DNA of 61,923 nucleotides, counting the filler, from Bonamia ostreae (taxonomy: Eukaryota): the NCBI GenBank assembly GCA_040357525.1. It is 26 parts of 26 records of this genome, joined end to end, with 100 filler letters (N's around TTAATTAATTAA, not from the genome) between each part and the next. Parts side by side here need not be neighbours in the genome. Positions count along the whole stretch, not along the records: positions 26,391 to 28,677 come from JBDODL010000921.1; positions 28,778 to 31,060 come from JBDODL010000922.1; positions 31,161 to 33,441 come from JBDODL010000923.1; positions 33,542 to 35,819 come from JBDODL010000924.1; positions 35,920 to 38,196 come from JBDODL010000925.1; 21 more parts are not named here. One strand, written 5' to 3'. Every line of letters begins with the position of its first letter. The first letter of the stretch is position 1. The position numbers and the translations under genes were made by a program. Below are positions 27,395-38,296 of the stretch, piece by piece. The notes beneath the pieces are model-generated. The model was not told where the DNA came from. It saw nothing but the letters and a program-made list of their open reading frames with translations, and did no database searches.

Positions 27395-28420
27395 ATGCCC
27401 CCATTTTTGAAACTCTTGTTATTGCTGTTTCTTCGCCCTAAAAACGGAGAATGCACTTTTGAAAACACTGAAACTCAATTCAACGTCTACAACGTCTCGA
27501 ATTTTTACGAAAAAATTACAGACGAGTCTTTTTCGATAAAAAATGGTCTCTCGATATTCGTAAACTGTGCAAAAAATATTTTATACGAACAAATAATTAG
27601 CATCGGGTACGTCATCTTGTATTGTGACGAAACCTCTCTAGTCTCGCAATGGGACTATGACAAAACAAATGCAAATTATCATTGCGATAACATATTGCCG
27701 GGCACCAAAATGGTGATGTGTGCTATTTCTGATTCGAGCCAAATATATTACCCGCACATTCAAAGCGCTCATAAGTACTTGCCAAACGGGCTCAAAACTA
27801 GCGCTACGTGTAAAGGCCAGGAATGGTACACCTTTAATGTGCAGTGCATGGAAGGGGAAAATGTCTACACAGACAAAAACTCAAACCTTCTAAAATACGA
27901 CCAAATCTGCACAGATTTGGTCAATTGCTGTGATCCATTGTTGGTGCCGCTCCCTTTGGTGCCTTCAACATACGAAAAGACGCCAAGCTCAAAATCACTC
28001 GAAATTACTTGTTTCTACGACCAAAAAAAATATGTTTTGGACTGCGAAAATAAACAGTTCGAATACGGGGATAACCAAACAGCAGTAACACAGGATTTCG
28101 CTTATTCGATTTGCGGAGACCCAGAATTGCAATGTGACACAGCAAACGTCGCAGCCCCCATTAAAGTAAAAGACGGAGACCAAAAGCTGAACAATGGAAC
28201 TAAAACAAAAGCATATTGTTCTAACGGCGCTAGCGATACCGAGTTTAATTTGCTGTGCGAGAATACTTTTTGGTACATTGAAGACGAAGAAAGCAACAAA
28301 GTAACGTATATAAACGTAACCGACGAATCAGCGAAGAGTTATTGCAATGGAGCAATTAATGATAAGAAAATTGCGTTTTTGGTCTTGGTTTTGAATTTTG
28401 TTCTGTTCTTGTCGATTTGA
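27395..28420 (+). CDS. Cysteine-rich secreted/surface protein with Sushi(CCP)-like repeats and hydrophobic C-terminus (GPI-like)
   Basis: Intronless 341-aa ORF with a signal peptide, repeated ~60-aa four-Cys modules, and tail GAINDKKIAFLVLVLNFVLFLSI. Confidence 0.75.
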   Translation: MPPFLKLLLLLFLRPKNGECTFENTETQFNVYNVSNFYEKITDESFSIKNGLSIFVNCAKNILYEQIISIGYVILYCDETSLVSQWDYDKTNANYHCDNILPGTKMVMCAISDSSQIYYPHIQSAHKYLPNGLKTSATCKGQEWYTFNVQCMEGENVYTDKNSNLLKYDQICTDLVNCCDPLLVPLPLVPSTYEKTPSSKSLEITCFYDQKKYVLDCENKQFEYGDNQTAVTQDFAYSICGDPELQCDTANVAAPIKVKDGDQKLNNGTKTKAYCSNGASDTEFNLLCENTFWYIEDEESNKVTYINVTDESAKSYCNGAINDKKIAFLVLVLNFVLFLSI

Positions 28421-28789
28421 TGCGCCAATAAATGTCATTGTTGCATTTTTTGTTGTGTAAAAGATTTTGTATGGGCAATGTTATATAATAATCTCCCATT
28501 ATTGTACTACAAATCTATAGTTAAGGAAGTGCAAAATATGAAGTAATTTTTATTTTAAAGAATAGATAGAAAAAATTTTCGGTTAATAATTATGCAATCG
28601 AATCAAAAAATGGACTAAACACTTTATTCAAAATCTGTTATAAAAATCTATTATAAAATGTTATCAAATTAGCCACANNNNNNNNNNNNNNNNNNNNNNN
28701 NNNNNNNNNNNNNNNNNNNNNTTAATTAATTAANNNNNNNNNNNNNNNNNNNNNNNNNNNNNNNNNNNNNNNNNNNNTTAAATTTTGAC

Positions 28790-28975
28790 GAAACATTTAG
28801 TCAATTCTCTTGTTACAATTGTTTCCAAAAAGAACTTTTAAACATAAAAAATATTCAAAGTCACAATTGACAGTAAAATGTAACTTTTGAAGAAACATTT
28901 AGTCAATTCTCTTGTTACATTTGTTTCCAAAAAGACCTTTTAAACAAAAAAATATTCAAAGTCACAATTGATCGT
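28790..28975. repeat. ~102-bp direct tandem duplication (intronic)
   Basis: AAACATTTAGTCAATTCTCTTGTTACA... occurs at 28791 and 28893. Confidence 0.85.
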
Positions 28976-28984
28976 AAAATTTAC

Positions 28985-29408
28985 CTTGTTGAAATTGTTC
29001 GAAATAAAAACCATTTCCAGATTCTTCATTTAACAATAAACACTCTTCCGGTTCCGCATATATATGAACTTCATCATCATCAAGAAGATCACAACCTGCA
29101 CGACACTCAACTATTCGAAAAGGGTTATAAATATCTGCACTCGTCCAAATACCATTCTCACATTTATAAAGAGAAAACGCCAACTGGAAACCCCCTCCGA
29201 TCTCTTTATTTGTCGGAGCATTGAAATACCCTTTTGATATGTCACATGTCATCAATGCCGATTTGTTTGCTTTGTTATACAAAACTGATTTGAGCACATC
29301 TGAAGAGGGTGGACTGTCACAAGTACTTTCAAAATTTGCTGTTTCTTGATATTAAAAACGAGTGTATGCTTGAAGCAAATTCAACAAACCCAAAAAAATA
29401 AAAGCCAT
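28985..29408 (-). CDS. Secreted Sushi/CCP-domain protein (5' part)
   Basis: MAFIFLGLLNLLQA signal, 21-nt intron 29339-29359, then CDSPP...TCDISKGY...YKCENGIWT...EC. Confidence 0.7.
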
Positions 29409-29489
29409 TTAAATTTTGTGTTGTAAAATTTAGCATTTCCGGCTAATTACGAACAATGTTTGTACAAATTTGGCAAATTAAAAAAATAT

Positions 29490-30429
29490 TTATCGTCTTT
29501 TTCTGCCCGAATATTTACTGTCCTTCGACAACTTTATCCCCTTTCTCCGCAGCCGATCTTTTTTGGCGATCAAATTGCTTTTAATTCTTTTCTGTTTTCT
29601 CGTCTTTCTTTTCGTAAATTCTGCAAATTGACCTTCCATTCCCGAATTTTTGGAATTAAAACTTAAACTTCTATGCTCCAAACCATCTCTCGAATTTTGG
29701 CCTTTAACGTTTTCGGAAAGGCTTGTTTTCATAAACTCGCCCGCCTTTAGACACAAATAAAATTTTTTGGCTTTTTTGCTTTCTGGGAAGTCGACAACCA
29801 ATCCCCCGCTGAAACCCGATTTCGCTGGGAAACGGGTCAACAAATCGAGTTGTTTTTTATTTTCCGGATAAAACTGGAAAACGGCCCTTCGAAATGATTT
29901 TTGTTGGGCGTTACAAACCAGGCGCCTGGTTTCATGCACCTATACAAAGAGTCGAACAATGTTCGAATCCTGTGGAGGGGGTTCTGCTTAGACGTGCTGG
30001 CATTGCAAATCCATTGCAGAGCAGAGACGCTGATGCAGCCGTCGAAAAAATTTTCTCTGAAAGGCAAACCGTGGCCCATATCGGCGAGGCTGATTTCTGG
30101 ATTCAAATGGCGTTCTCTGCAGATATCTTCAATTATTGAATAGAACCGAGCATTGAAGTCGAGATGTCGGTTCCGATCCAATAACAGTTTTTATCGCGCA
30201 GGATTTCGCCGCTTAGACCAGAACCGCAACCGATGTCTAAGACGACATTGGGGGTTTCCAGGTTTAACTGCATTAACTCGAATGCTCTTTCAGACATTTC
30301 TCTTTGGATTTTATAAATCCGAGAGCTTTAAATATGGATTTTTTAATGGGACTTTTTAGTGTAGTCTTTAGAGCGTTCTTGGTTGTAATAATATTCTGGA
30401 GGCGATGTTAATTCTGGTTTTTTCGGCAT
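29490..30429 (-). CDS. BUD23: 18S rRNA guanine-N7 methyltransferase Bud23/WBSCR22
   Basis: PELTSPPEYYY, SRIYKIQREMSERA, LDIGCGSGLSG, ISVSALQWICNA, FQFYPEN, GFSGGLVVDFPESKKAKK, DSKYSGRKR. Confidence 0.95.
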
Positions 30430-30835
30430 TGTTAATTGTTTTCTATAAAAATAAATTGTTAATTGAGCTTTATAATAATAGCTTTATAAATTGGGGATAT
30501 TGTTATTTTTGCGATTGAGTTAGATTTGGTTTGTAGTTGAAAAGTTGATCAGCCTCACAAACAATTAAATGGGAGCTTCGTTGTTGTAAATATTTAGAAA
30601 TTTGGCAAACGATTTTTTTGTTCAAACAATTTTATTTTTGATTTTTCGTCATTTTTAAATAAACAAATTTTCTCTGCTGAAAATGAAGATGGCCTATAAA
30701 ACTAAGCACTCTATTTCGAACATTACTGAGATATAAACAATCAACCATTACGATCCATATATTATTAGAACAAAATCAAAAAAACCGAAAGGTCTTTAAA
30801 TTAAAAAAATGGGAAGACAATCAGTTAAACGCGAT

Positions 30836-31060
30836 TTAATTAGCGTGCAAAATCTTTTTTTCGTCGATTTTGCTTTCGCCGGGATGAAAACAAAACCGCG
30901 TTTCTTTGCAGCCAAAAGCAAAAGGTTCTAGTTTGATAACAGTGTGAAGCGGCATGTCGATTCGAGGAATTTTGGTTTTTTCCATCCCGCAAAAATATCC
31001 GTACAAACATCTCAGAACAGCTCTATGGCAAACGACCAAAACAGGATTTTTTGATCTCTC
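30836..31060 (-). CDS. PFKFB: 6-phosphofructo-2-kinase/fructose-2,6-bisphosphatase, C-terminus
   Basis: VVCHRAVLRCLYGYF..IPRIDMPLHTVIKLEP. Confidence 0.85.
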   Translation of the reverse strand, partial: ERSKNPVLVVCHRAVLRCLYGYFCGMEKTKIPRIDMPLHTVIKLEPFAFGCKETRFCFHPGESKIDEKKILHAN

Positions 31061-31424
31061 NNNNNNNNNNNNNNNNNNNNNNNNNNNNNNNNNNNNNNNN
31101 NNNNTTAATTAATTAANNNNNNNNNNNNNNNNNNNNNNNNNNNNNNNNNNNNNNNNNNNNGACATATCCTCCAAAACGAAGCGTGACATATCGACAAACG
31201 ATGAAATATAAAATTCAGAAATTTGATCAACTCTGAATTTATTTCATCTTTGTGGGTATGGCCGCGCTTCGTTTTGGCGACTAAAAAAGCTTTGGAATGT
31301 TTGCGCCAACAAATTGCAAATAAAACCAACGAACAAGACGGAGGAGAGGGCCTTAGCCGGTTCAACATAAATGCCAAGTACGTAAACGATGAGTGGATAC
31401 CAAAATATTCATTTTTTAGAAAAT

Positions 31425-32403
31425 TTAAAACTCGTCTTCGATGGAACAAATCCAATCTTCGAACTCCCCCTCGTCTAAAGCTTTTTCACATATTTCGGGC
31501 AAAATCATTTCGTCGATAAAACTTTCTGACTTCGGACTATTCAATAAGCTGTCAACCAATGCCAGAGCGCTCTCCGATTTTATATAAGACATTCCAACGC
31601 TTCTTAAAAAGAGGCCCACAGAAGGAGCGAGAGGGATTTGTTGATCGCAGTTTCTGTGAAAACATCTTTCCAATTCTGATTTTGAAAAATCGTCTTTTCG
31701 GATTGCCCTTATCGCGAAAGCAACCATTTTCCTGATTTGGTGGTATATAAAGCTCTGACCTTCAACTTCTAAAATAATAAATTCTTCGCCTTTGTATCCA
31801 AACACGGTTCGCACTTTGAAATGATTAACGTAGCGCTGGAACGTGTGGAATCCCTTTTGACTCGCTTCTTTCATCCTCGAAAAATTGTGGAAAAAATGCG
31901 CTCCCTCGAAAAGCGACAATATATAATTTAGTCTGACCAGGCACTCCAATCTGCCTTCGAAATAATTCTGTGGCATTATGGAAGATGGAAAGACATACCA
32001 GTACTTTCTCGAAGAGCAATTACGATGACAGTCGAATTTCCTCGGGAAAATCGTCATCGTGACAACTCTGATGTCGAGAGGAAGGAATTTGTTTATTTGG
32101 CGTCGCAGATCTTTGATGTTTTCGAAAGGATTTTGTGTGTAGAAAGATATGGTCGACCCGGCACTGTGCACTCCCTTAAATCGGTCAGAAAACTTTGTCG
32201 GTTCTCGAAACCCGCTTAAAACTAATCTTGCTCAGTTTGTCTGCATTTCTATAAAAAATAGCGCCGGATTTGAAGAGAGCAAGTTGGAGACATCCTTCAA
32301 TGGTATCAGGAACAAGATTGCCGTTGATCTGAGATCCCTTGTAGCGGGTGCCGAGATAACTAATCAAACAAGCGACCTTAACTAAAAATTTGGTCGAAAA
32401 CAT
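31425..32403 (-). CDS. PUS1: tRNA pseudouridine synthase, TruA/Pus1 family
   Basis: SYLGTRYKGSQ; the catalytic SRTDKGVHS is formed only after removing a 19-nt intron (32175-32193); also FHNFS and GQSFIYHQIRKMV. Confidence 0.9.
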
Positions 32404-32592
32404 TTTTTACGTTTCCGGTTTTTATTAATCCACAAACAAGATTCTACAGTCATTAAAAAAATTTGTTGCAAAACCTAAACTGCAAAATTTACTTGTCTAA
32501 AAACACAAAAAAAACATTTTATCTGAACGTCTATCAAAACTCGAAAGCTAATTTTCTAAAAAGCTAAATAACTTTTCCGAGCGGAACACCAA

Positions 32593-33441
32593 ATGAACTT
32601 TTTGCAAAATCTCAACAAACGAAGCTTCAAACGAGTTTCCTTTAAACCACAACAGACAATCGTTCGGAGCCCCCAAAAGCACTTTCTGCGCCTTTTCAGC
32701 AACAAAATAGTCGGGATCGACCTCGGAACCACAAACTCCTCCGTGGCCATCCTCGAAGGCTCCAAGCCGAAAATCATCGAAAACTCTGAGGGCCAAAGAA
32801 CGACCCCCTCTGTCGTCGCCTTCACCAAAGACAAACAAAAACTCGTCGGTCTGACCGCGCGCAGACAATCCGTCGTCAACCCCAAAAACACTTTCTACGC
32901 CGTCAAGCGTCTCATCGGACGAAAATACGACGACAGCGCCACTCAGAAAGACAAAAAAACCGTCCCCTTCCAGATCATCCCCGGCCCCAACGGAGACGCC
33001 TGGGTGAAAGACGAGTTCGGGAAGAAGTACTCGCCGTCCCAAGTGGGCGCCTTCGTCCTCGAAAAGATGAAATCGACGGCGGAAGACTACCTCGGCGAGT
33101 CGGTGCAGAAAGCCGTCATCACCGTCCCCGCTTATTTCAACGACGCGCAGCGCCAAGCGACGAAAGACGCGGGGCGCATCGCGGGACTGGAGGTGAGCAG
33201 AGTCATCAACGAGCCGACGGCGGCGGCGGTGGCGTACGGACTGGACAAGAGCAACAGCGGCAAAAACATAGCCGTGTTCGATTTGGGCGGAGGGACGTTC
33301 GACGTGTCGATTCTGAACTGCGACGACGGCGTTTTCGAGGTGAAGGCGACGAACGGGAACACCTCGTTGGGCGGAGAAGACGTGGACCTCAGATTGGTGG
33401 AATATTTGTCTGCCGAGTTCAAGAAGCAACACGGGATCGAT
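32593..33441 (+). CDS. HSPA9: Mitochondrial Hsp70 (partial)
   Basis: Arg/Lys-rich presequence, [36 protein letters not shown] and EVKATNGNT. Confidence 0.95.
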
Positions 33442-33541
33442 NNNNNNNNNNNNNNNNNNNNNNNNNNNNNNNNNNNNNNNNNNNNTTAATTAATTAANNN
33501 NNNNNNNNNNNNNNNNNNNNNNNNNNNNNNNNNNNNNNNNN

Positions 33542-34385
33542 GTCCGGTGGACAATCGAATCCCACACCGGAAAAGTAAGATATTGCTTTTTCTGCATCCC
33601 CAAAATAAACAGTTTTCCCCATTGATATCAACAACATCTTATCGAACAGCTTTTGTTTTTCGAAAAAAACTTTGAAAATATTTGAACGCGGCTGATGTAT
33701 CGTAAAAATAACAAGTTTTTTATGTTCCTGTGCGAGCCGTTTCAAGTTCTTGATTACGTTCAGAGCCATAAAACTGTCAAGTCCCGTCGTTGGCTATTTT
33801 TAAATTTGGCCAGAAAACCTCGTCCAGATACAAAATCGAAAGGTCTCGGACACATTCGACGGCGATGCTGACACGTTTCTTCTCGCCGCCGGATATTCCT
33901 CTTTGGAACTCGTTTCCAATTTTGGTGTCTTTGACAGTGATTAATCCGAGATGTCGCATGACTTCTTCGCTCTTTTCGTCACAATCTTTCTGTGTGAAAT
34001 GGCTGGGACACCGCAAAACGGCAGAAAAACGAATCGTTTCTTGAACTGTTTGGTGCGAGAACATCAAATCCTCTTGGAGAACGTATCCTGTGATATCTTT
34101 CAAATTCGAGAAAGACACTTTTTCGCCATTCAAAAGGATTTCTCCCTCGGCGCTGACATTGGAGGGAACTCTCCCGGTCAACATATTAACGAAACTACTT
34201 TTCCCGGCGCCAGAGGCGCCAAGGATGGCCAGAACTTCACCAGAACAAACTTCTCCGTTGATATCGTCTAAAATGATTTTGTTCGATTTTTTGACTTTGA
34301 CACTGTATTTCAGCCCTTTGAAACTCAGTCGAACTTTCTTCGATTTGTCTGATTTTAGACTATATTTTATGCTTTGTTCACTCAT
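33542..34385 (-). CDS. ABC transporter G family, NBD (partial)
   Basis: GASGAGKS, ISGGEKKRVSIA, LDE|PTTGLD (intron 33794-33818) and TIHQPR. Confidence 0.93.
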
Positions 34386-34761
34386 TGTTTTGCGAAACCG
34401 AAATTAAATATATCGAGTAATCTTAAAAATGAAACTATTACATTGCAATATAACTTTTTTAGAGTTTTACGTAAATTTACGAATTAAATATATGATTTAC
34501 ATGAAAAATTTTATTGCAAATCGTTGTCTAAGAAAAACAACGAAAAGGGCGAAAACGACATTTCTTCGAAACGAAGCGTCGACTTTAATCAAATCTCTCC
34601 ACTTTATATTTCACCTTTTGTGTGCAGTTCGACGCTTAGTTTTCGAAGATATGTCGTTTAGCATTTAAACCAATTCTAGATGAGATTTGATAAAATCTAG
34701 TAAAATAGCTTATACAAATTAGATGTACATAAAACATTAGAAAAATTATATAGAAAATATA

Positions 34762-35469
34762 ATGTTCACAAAAGTAGAAGAAATAAATACAATAGTTGAC
34801 AAAACACGTTCATATTTTGAGAAAGGCGCCACAAAGAAAATCACGTGGCGCAGAAAACAATGGCTCGGATTGAGTCATTTTGTAAAGACAGAGGAAACCA
34901 AAATAAAAGATTGTCTCCGCAAAGACTTGAAGCAAACCGAAATTTTGGTCCAGGCTGGAGAAATCGCCATTATACAAAATGTTATTTTTAAACAATAAAG
35001 TCGGTAAATTTGGCATTAAAAAAACTTGACGACTGGTGCTATCCGAAAATAGTCAATGATTTGCCTTTGTCTGTTTTTCCGTCCAAAGCGTTTATAGTTC
35101 GGGAGCCACTCGGAGTGTGCGCGATTTTAGGGTAAATTTTAATGAATTTAGTGTTTGGAATTTTCCATTTCTGACTGTTTTGGAGCCTTTGGTAGCAGCG
35201 ATTGCGGCCGGGACCTCTGTCGTCTTGAAACCATCCGAAATTTCTTCACACAGTTGCAACTTGATTTTCGAAAAGGTTTGTCGTTTGTGCATATTTTTCC
35301 AATATTTACATAACATCGTCCATCAAATGCATTTACAAATTTTTGGTTCACAATAAAAAACTTAAAGCTGCCATTGTATGTTGATTCGCAAGCGATATCG
35401 ATTATTACCGGAGGACCGGAACAAGCTGTAGAACTTTTGAAACATCGATTCGATCACATCTTTTATACC
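34762..35469 (+). CDS. Aldehyde dehydrogenase family 3 (partial)
   Basis: REPLGVCAILG-VWNFPF, AIAAG..VVLKPSEIS and FDHIFYT; includes 20-nt introns such as 34981-35000. Confidence 0.88.
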
Positions 35470-35963
35470 GTTTTTAAAAGTTTATGCTTCGCCATCTTTT
35501 ATTTCCTATTTTCGGATTTTTCTTATTATATTTGTATTTTCTTCAAATCCTAAAGCTTTGTGTTTATAAAAATGGCCGTATTTCGTTATCACTGACTCGG
35601 CCAAAGTTAGCATCCGTGTAGCTAAAATTAGCAAAAAATTCTAAATATTAAATTTCCGAATTCTTAATAATGTTGGCGCCACAACTTAGTAATAAATTCC
35701 GACTTCAATAAACCCCAAAACGACAAATCTTCGATAACGAAGCGTCGTCCTTTAAACCCAAATATAAAATCATCTCAAAAATCTTCGATTTAAACATTGG
35801 CGTCGCCGACGGAACTTTTNNNNNNNNNNNNNNNNNNNNNNNNNNNNNNNNNNNNNNNNNNNNTTAATTAATTAANNNNNNNNNNNNNNNNNNNNNNNNN
35901 NNNNNNNNNNNNNNNNNNNTTTAATTTTATCAATTTAATTTCAACGATTGGTTAAACAAACAG

Positions 35964-36189
35964 ATACGCACGTCATATGAACTACACGGGTGATCTAATT
36001 ATGGCTTGTGCGTGGGGGTTAGTATGTGGAATAAAATCTTATTTTCCGTTTGTATATTTGACTTATTTGGGACCTTTGTTGATACACAGGGAAAGACGAG
36101 ATAACAATTTGTGCCTAGAGAAATATGGGGAGGATTGGGAAAAATATTGTAAAATTGTTAAATATAGAATGGTACCTTTTATATATTAA
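35964..36189 (+). CDS. ERG4/ERG24/LBR-family sterol reductase, last exon
   Basis: ARHMNYTGDL..LLIHRERRD..CLEKYGEDWEKYC..VKYRMVPFIY. Confidence 0.9.
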
Positions 36190-36237
36190 ATAGCGCATTT
36201 CGCCAATTTTTTATTGATGTTTTGTTAATTTTAAAAT

Positions 36238-37031
36238 TTAATGTTTTCTTATCAGATTACCTTTCTCCTCCGGCTGGTTTCTTTTGTGTTTCGCGTTTAA
36301 TCTTTTCTTCTTCTTATTAATAAATCTCTCCAAATTTCCTTCTTTCTTGAGTTGTTCAAACTTATCTCTCATAACCAGCTTCTTTATATCGGCTTTAAAA
36401 TTAGAATCATTATATTGTGAATCCTTTGTAGTTTTTATATTAGACATTTGCAACTATCTGCAATCAAATGATATTTCAATATCTAACCTACAAAAGTACA
36501 ATTATATTGAAAGGCGCAATGTTTTTCGTTTATTGCCCAAATCTCAAAATTTTTATAAAATCCTAAGAAGGCTTCAACAATGGCCAATTACGATTAAACG
36601 GAAAATTAAAAACATTGTTTTGGAAAGAACATTTTCTTTCCCTTTTTCGTAAGAGACCGTTCTCTTTTCAACAAATCGCTTTTCTTTTCGCGCAAAGCGT
36701 CGTTGTACTTTCTAGTTTGCAATTTGGAATTCTAAAGTTTGTCTTTAGGAACCAATTTTATCAATTTCTTTCCAAGTCGAGATTTCTCTTCTCGGGATTT
36801 TGAATGGCGCATATCGCTTTTTATGTTTTCGATTTCTTCTTCCTCCAATTCGTCCAAAAACTTATAGTTGTCCCTGAAATGAGTTTCATTAAAAGAGCCA
36901 TATTGCTTTTTAAAGCGCGGGTCGATTTTTCTCTTTATTCTTACACGTGGAATTGTTTTCTTCGGTGGCTTTTTAAAAGATATTTCCCGCGGTCTTTAAT
37001 TTCGGATTCAAAACCTGTCCTCGTTCGACAT
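36238..37031 (-). CDS. RRP36: rRNA processing protein Rrp36
   Basis: Spliced MSNEDRPREISFKKP, DPRF, NYKFLDE and KFEQLKKEGNLERFINKKKKR. Confidence 0.85.
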
Positions 37032-37086
37032 TCGAAAACGCAAAATCGGAATTATAGTCAAACTATTTAAAAGCCAATTTTGGTCA

Positions 37087-37767
37087 ATGCAGAGAAATTT
37101 GACATTTGTAACATCGAACAAAAATAAATTTATCGAAGCTAAGAATATTTTGAATTCGGACTTTTTAAAGCTCACAAATAAAAACTTTCCAAGTTTAGTT
37201 TCTAATAATCGACATTTTTGTTACTTAACGAATAGTCGAAGAGATACAAGGCAAAGCACTTGACATCGTTAAAGATAAATGCGACAAGGCTTTCAATCAT
37301 TTTAAAAGTCCGGTTTTCGTTGATGACGTTTCTTTGTGTTTCCAAGCTCTGGGCGACATGCCCGGGCCCTTTATGTTTTAGTTTCGCAATTATAAGAAAA
37401 TATTTTATCGATTCGATGAAATTGGAAGACATCGTCAAAATGCTATCGCCGTTCGAGGACAAATCCGCAAAGGCCGTTTGGTAATCTATTCCAAATTTCC
37501 AAGTCTGGTTGCGTTCAAAGACAAAAAAGAAAGTGAACCGATCGTCGTGGAGGGAGTTGTCGAAGGCAAAATAACTTTCCCGAAGGGAAACCGGTTTGGA
37601 TGGGATCCCATTTTCAAGCCAAACGGAACAGACAAAACGTAAAAATTCCAAGATTTAGATATGCTCAAATGACGTTGCAGGAAAAAAACTCGAAATCGCA
37701 CAGAAGATTAGCGCTTGATAAGTTGTGTGACCATCTTCGCCAAAATTGGCGTTTTGATAAAAATTAA
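37087..37767 (+). CDS. ITPA: Inosine triphosphate pyrophosphatase (Ham1)
   Basis: FVTSNKNK, EIQG, VDDVSLCF, PGPFIKYF, FGWDPIF and SHR; four introns (three of 20-23 nt). Absent from the ORF track as a single ORF. Confidence 0.93.
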
Positions 37768-38070
37768 AAAGGCGAAAATTTTGTGTTACAATTTTTGAAA
37801 ATTTTTGGTAATTGACATTTAAAATCTTGTTACAAAAAAGTAAAAATTTAACAAAACAGAGATAAAACAACTAAAACGGATGTGATCAAACTACTTTGAA
37901 TCACTGTTTCGAAAATTCCGATTCCGATGAATTTTGTGAATTGCTCCATTGGAACAATGGCTAATTTTTGATTTTTGCAAATTTTGGCTGATTTTGTTTC
38001 AACCGATTTCATCAAATCGCCTGTAAAAATGTCGCCGTAAAATATGTAAAATCCCGATATCGATGTTACT

Positions 38071-38195
38071 TTGTAGTTCGAACAAATATTGAAATTTAGA
38101 AAAAATTTGTAGTTCGAACAAATATTGAAATTTAGAAAAAATTTGTAGTTCGAACAAATATTGAAATTTAGAAAAAATTTGTAGTTCGAACAAAT
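38071..38195. repeat. 36-bp tandem repeat, ~3.5 copies, running to contig end
   Basis: Unit TTGTAGTTCGAACAAATATTGAAATTTAGAAAAAAT. Confidence 0.95.
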
Positions 38196-38296
38196 ANNNN
38201 NNNNNNNNNNNNNNNNNNNNNNNNNNNNNNNNNNNNNNNNTTAATTAATTAANNNNNNNNNNNNNNNNNNNNNNNNNNNNNNNNNNNNNNNNNNNN

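Noticed and set aside
27395-29408. Apparent cluster of two Sushi-protein genes
   Set aside because: They lie on different contigs separated by a linker; the adjacency comes from size sorting.
32548-33432. 294-aa antisense ORF over Hsp70
   Set aside because: Well-known antisense shadow ORF of GC-rich hsp70/dnaK genes.
37999-38193. Repeat-peptide ORFs (FELQIFSKFQYL; also 46152-46376 and 40884-41228)
   Set aside because: Translations of minisatellites; no spacers, so not CRISPR either.
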